Of a stretch of 64,000 nt of DNA, positions 63,141 to 64,000 are shown one piece after another. The notes beneath the pieces are model-generated. The model was not told the DNA's origin and did no database searches. It saw only the letters and a program-made list of their open reading frames with translations. This DNA is from Marsupella aquatica (taxonomy: Eukaryota; Plantae; Marchantiophyta). The translations under genes and the position numbers were made by a program. The stretch is from the NCBI GenBank assembly GCA_973895155.1, contig OZ316897.1, positions 20,736,260 through 20,800,259 of the forward strand, given 5' to 3'. Position 1 is the stretch's first letter, and every line of letters starts with the position of its first letter.

Positions 63141-64000
63141 TCAAGGGCCAGTAAGTTTAAGCCTCTTCGCAATGCCTGCAGTGTACTTTCCCTGATGGAA
63201 AGCTTGCTCCAACTCCAGCTTGGTAGGTTTTCTTGTCCCATCTCCAGCAAAGGTGCCGGCTCCGTATGGAGACCCACCCTTCAGTGCACTGATCTCGAAC
63301 ATGCCCGCTCCGAAGGTGTACCCAATGGGCACAAACATCATTCCGTGATGCGTAAGCTGTGTAATTGCAGTCAACCTGCCCCACAAATTGCATTAAAACT
63401 TTTCTATTAGAAGAGTCTCGACACATTATTCCACAAACAAGGGAACCAAATCCCTGCTCACTTCCATCTGTCAACTCCAGCTTCGACCCAAAAAAACATT
63501 TCACCGGGGTTCAAGTTCGGCTCCAGAGTGTCAATTTTACTAGATGGAACTTATCAAGGTTAGGAGTCACATTGCATAAATCCGTAACATTTCACTTCGA
63601 TTGATTTGTTGTCATTTCTCTGATTTGCTTCAAGGAGCTAATTGAGACACCAAAACGCTCTGGACAATTTTTAAACCAAGCGACCGTCACGACAACAACT
63701 CAGCTTCGTCGAGTAGGGATCAGAAAACGAAATCTGGCACTCACGCCTTCTTGACTGACCAGGCCACGCAATGGACTGTGGAAGAGGAGCTGGAAGTGAG
63801 GCACGGTAATAGAATCTACAGTAGCTATGTTAAGAGATCGGCAAGAACAGTCCACGTTGGAAAGGAAGGACCAGAAAACTCACGCGGTGGTCTCTTGGCC
63901 GCCTCCCTGTGATCCAGTGGAGTAGAAGAGGCCGGCCGGTTTCCCTGCCAAAGCCTGTGTGCGCCACAGCCCACCGGTGGCATCGAAGAAAGCTTTGAAC
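63141..64000 (-). CDS. Flavodoxin-like NAD(P)H:quinone oxidoreductase (FQR1/WrbA family), last two exons
   Basis: [39 protein letters not shown]| (exon ends 63884) spliced to [36 protein letters not shown] (63375-63141). Confidence 0.95.

Noticed and set aside
46351-64000. Redox/lipid gene cluster (germin, AAED1-like, SDHAF2, desaturase, FQR1-like)
   Set aside because: Different compartments and pathways; no sequence evidence of co-regulation.

Overview
Eukaryotic land-plant genomic DNA. The compact spliced genes, long intron-containing 5'UTRs and cytochrome-b5-fused front-end desaturase suggest a bryophyte such as a liverwort, but that is inference. Bases 1-4.7 kb hold the 5' part of a minus-strand coiled-coil gene resembling Arabidopsis At5g23490/At5g08440, with one GC-AG intron. 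Bases ~4.9-25.7 kb are a CpG-depleted region of decayed transposons (MITEs, a foldback element, LINE remnants, tandem repeats). Bases 26-64 kb are gene-rich: eIF3g, BRX1, GGTase-I beta, an unknown spliced gene, a germin-like gene, an AAED1/PRXL2-like gene, SDHAF2, a front-end desaturase and the 3' end of an FQR1/WrbA-type quinone reductase. The most striking non-genic feature is a complete 323-bp miniature LTR retrotransposon (TRIM) at 61038-61360. It has TG..CA LTRs, an initiator-Met PBS, a PPT and a 5-bp TSD, and its LTRs contain a tRNA-derived Pol III A/B-box module. Exon boundaries were read by eye and no database searches were run.
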